From an uncultured Poribacteria bacterium (lineage in GTDB: Bacteria; Poribacteria; WGA-4E; WGA-3G), in assembly GCA_951813565.1 (NCBI GenBank), contig OX638351.1, positions 2,176,001 through 2,240,000 on the forward strand: 64,000 nucleotides of DNA, read 5' to 3'. This document shows positions 61,877 to 64,000 of this stretch, piece after piece. A program made the translations under genes and the position numbers. The notes beneath the pieces were generated by a model, which saw only the letters and a program-made list of their open reading frames with translations, ran no database searches and had not been told where the DNA came from. Position 1 is the stretch's first letter. Each line of letters begins with the position of its first letter.

Positions 61877-62692
61877 ATGGACAACGGAACAGTCCATTTA
61901 ACACCAGCGCAACGCTTACACTTTGACATCTACGGTTTCGTACTACTTGAGAACGTTCTGACTACCGATGAAATCAAACGGATGAAAGATGCACTTTACA
62001 GAATTAAAGCTGATAAAAACCTTGATGGCACAAGAACTTACCTGAATTGGCGAGGCGAACACCACGCGCACATGGGAAATCTCGTAGAATACGATCCTGC
62101 GTTGTTGACTTATGCAGCGCATCCCAAACTTGTTCCGCTTGTTGAGGAAGTTGTCGGAGGGAAAGTTCGTCTTGAGGAAACAGAGGCTATCATCAATAAG
62201 CGAAGTGCTGATGCTGATTTAGATGAACTTCATAAACGTTGTTACAACCCAACCGGTTTTCATCGTGGCACGCAGCACGGTTGGGGCACCTATATGGAAC
62301 AAGATAAGTTTCACTGCATCTTTGTGAAGACGCTTGCATATCTAACTGATGTTGGTCCTGACGATGGAGGGACGTGTGTGATACCGGGTAGCCACCGCTT
62401 GACATGGAAACAGCATGAAATGATAGAAGCAGCTTTGTCTGATGACAAACTCATCCATCAAGTTGAAGCATCAGCAGGTTCTGTACTACTTTTCGCGGAG
62501 GCACTCATTCACAGCACCACTGCCATCCGTAGCAACAAAGAGCGTGTTATCCTTATCGCAGGTTATACCCCGCCGATGGTGCGCGAGTGGCCAGGCAATG
62601 AGGTTAGCCCAGAATTTGTTGAGACACTCCCTGAAGAAATCCGTCCACTTATTTCTGGTAGTGACAGTTGGCACTGGAAACGCCGATATTAG
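61877..62692 (+). CDS. PhyH-family Fe/2OG enzyme with HxG in place of HxD
   Basis: FDIYGF, FHRG, YLTDV..DGGT.VIPGSH, IHS and ER motifs; AAGGAG RBS before 61877. Confidence 0.82.
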   Translation: MDNGTVHLTPAQRLHFDIYGFVLLENVLTTDEIKRMKDALYRIKADKNLDGTRTYLNWRGEHHAHMGNLVEYDPALLTYAAHPKLVPLVEEVVGGKVRLEETEAIINKRSADADLDELHKRCYNPTGFHRGTQHGWGTYMEQDKFHCIFVKTLAYLTDVGPDDGGTCVIPGSHRLTWKQHEMIEAALSDDKLIHQVEASAGSVLLFAEALIHSTTAIRSNKERVILIAGYTPPMVREWPGNEVSPEFVETLPEEIRPLISGSDSWHWKRRY

Positions 62693-62733
62693 CCTATTCC
62701 TATAAAATGAACTGATTCCGCAGAGACCTATAT

Positions 62734-63003
62734 TCAACTATCAAACTTTGATCGTAACTGTTCAATTTCCAACAGTGCCTTGGCGAGTTCGGCTTCAACG
62801 CTTTGGGCATCAGTATTCTTAAACGGACCTTCTTTCCATTTTGCAGGTATCCGCCTATAAGTGGGAATTATCGGATTATACAGCCCACCCCACAGAAAGG
62901 TGTTAATTTCTATGGCCTTTAAGAGAGATTCCTTGTCTTCGGGATTAACAAGAAATGCTAATTTGATTGGTCGTAACCTAACTTTAACGGTTCCGCGTGT
63001 CAT
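62734..63003 (-). pseudogene. N-terminal fragment of a larger protein joined to an unrelated helical tail
   Basis: RPIKLAFLV..INTFLWGGLYNPIIP, then an abrupt EAELAKALLEIEQLR tail. Confidence 0.4.
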
Positions 63004-63052
63004 AAAAAATCCTATTTTTCAAGCAACTGATGCCAAGTTCTCATGCGCTTTT

Positions 63053-63670
63053 TCAGTTTATATCAGTTACAGATTTGAACACAGAATCAACTGCGCCAAA
63101 AAGCGTGGATAAATTAGCCAATGCAAAGTCTGTTCTGTTTTGCGTAAAGGTATCACCGATAAGTCGTCCAAACTGCCATAATGTTCCATCGGTGACAATA
63201 CCATAAACGGGTAGGGCTGCGCCATCGTTCATTTTTTTGGCATTTATTTTTTGTGCGGCGACTAACTCCGCCAGACATTGCCCCCACCCCTGATCAAAAT
63301 CGTTTTTCTTCGCCTCAACCAGCAGTATCAACGGATTTCCAACAACGGTTTTGCCTAATTCAGATTTAGTAGAGATAAAATAGTCGGGTGTTCCGTTCAA
63401 GATGTCATCGTAAGTGATGGTTTGCTTTATCCAGAGTGCGTATCGATCAGCATAAGCTTTATAACTCTCCTTCAAAACAGGAAAGATAATCGTCTCACAC
63501 CGTGATGCTTCAGACGCAAAAACGTTGATATGTTCTCGTGTAAATTCAAAATCTCGCAAGAACTCTACCGAAGGGGTTGCCGGTTCAGCATTGACGAAGT
63601 CATCTTCCGCATAAGTAACTCTGAACCTTTCTTGCACTTCAGAGATTGTTTTAAAATCGCTAAATGCCAT
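63053..63670 (-). CDS. PD-(D/E)xK / HsdR-N-like hypothetical protein
   Basis: GTPDY, VEAKK, GQCLAEL.AAQ and YGIVTDG..WQF motifs. Confidence 0.75.
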   Translation of the reverse strand: MAFSDFKTISEVQERFRVTYAEDDFVNAEPATPSVEFLRDFEFTREHINVFASEASRCETIIFPVLKESYKAYADRYALWIKQTITYDDILNGTPDYFISTKSELGKTVVGNPLILLVEAKKNDFDQGWGQCLAELVAAQKINAKKMNDGAALPVYGIVTDGTLWQFGRLIGDTFTQNRTDFALANLSTLFGAVDSVFKSVTDIN

Positions 63671-64000
63671 GGTATTACTTCTCTATTCAAGCTGGAATCC
63701 CTGCAAACCGCGTCTATAACTCAAGGGAATGTCCTTAAAATTATTAAGTAAGTATAGTGTACTACAGCAAAATTATCAAAGAAATTATGAAAATGCTGGT
63801 TATTTAGTTTTGCCTACTACTTTTAAGTCGTGAGCTGGAGCTCGCTCCTAATGAACTTTGACAATCAAAAGAGGTAATTTCATTTAACGTGAGTTCGATA
63901 AAAGAAATAAAATTTAGATGTTATGTTTCGCTTACGTCTATCTAATCCAGAAACCAAAACAAATACTTTGCTCCGTAGGAGCAATATGTTTATAGCAACC

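Overview
Bacterial chromosomal window that looks like Candidatus Poribacteria. This is an inference from four PhyH-family dioxygenases, ECF sigma factors with C-terminal fusions, and three proteins ending in a 'GKLTTxWGxxK' motif. Recognisable genes include tenA, a PhoR-like kinase, aroA, smpB plus tmRNA (tag ADQELALAA), NfeD/flotillin, two DUF151 nucleases, an MTase-REase-MTase cluster, an AlgI/AlgJ-type O-acetylation cluster, dgoD with sugar catabolism genes, and ppk2. Mobile elements are an IS1595, a full and a partial IS630, and a damaged IS1634, alongside about nine pseudogenes or fragments. The most striking signal is intergenic and nested in three tiers: TIR-bounded MITEs contain GTAG-type REP palindromes, and these are interrupted by a 33-35 bp hairpin element. 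That element has co-varying stems and a fixed GTTGATT tail, inserts mostly at C^G, and is once nested inside itself. Other candidates are a PhyH protein with a halogenase-type HxG motif, a shared ECF-like promoter upstream of both sigma-containing units, a CTG start codon, and a Cys-to-Ser C39 domain. All product calls come from motif recognition only; no database search was run.
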